A DNA stretch of 63,610 bases, the filler included, from Lenisia limosa (Eukaryota; Protista; Breviatea), in the NCBI GenBank assembly GCA_001655205.1. It is 8 parts of 8 records of this genome, joined end to end, with 100 filler letters (N's around TTAATTAATTAA, not from the genome) between each part and the next. Parts side by side here need not be neighbours in the genome. Positions count along the whole stretch, not along the records: positions 61,654 to 63,610 come from LPNZ01010969.1; 7 more parts are not named here. The stretch is one strand, 5' to 3'. This document shows positions 63,551 to 63,610 of the stretch, one piece after another. The translations under genes were made by a program, and so were the position numbers. Below the pieces are notes generated by a model. It was not told the DNA's origin, made no database searches, and saw only the letters and a program-made list of their open reading frames with translations. Position 1 is the stretch's first letter, and each line of letters starts with the position of its first letter.

Positions 63551-63610
63551 TAGGTAGTTTTGTATTGATCTGTTTTGTTTCTTTGTACATGTATTTTTGC
63601 TAGAATTTGA

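Overview
This is eukaryotic, AT-rich, very intron-dense genomic DNA (typical exons 40-150 nt, canonical GT-AG introns) from a gappy draft assembly. Seven joins are artificial N44-TTAATTAATTAA-N44 linkers, and many other N gaps abut poly-G/C runs. The six-frame ORF track is mostly uninformative, so genes were assembled by hand-splicing and their boundaries are approximate. Recognisable genes, in order: a tandem cNMP-binding-domain protein, a Dispatched/Patched-like RND/SSD transporter, a LysM+TLDc (OXR1-like) protein, pICln head-to-head with SAP18, a multi-TM class I phosphodiesterase-like gene (cut by a gap), CFAP161 (motile-cilium protein), an Est1/SMG5-7-like gene (cut by a gap), and an H2B-like histone fold embedded in a non-histone gene. 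Several orphan genes lie between them. Introns carry multiple small mobile or structured elements: ~100-bp hAT-type MITEs with 8-bp TSDs, TA-flanked MITEs, a foldback element, and a dispersed two-hairpin element that is sense to the host gene in all five copies. No rRNA, tRNA or CRISPR array was seen. The organism cannot be identified from this window; a flagellum-bearing protist is inferred.
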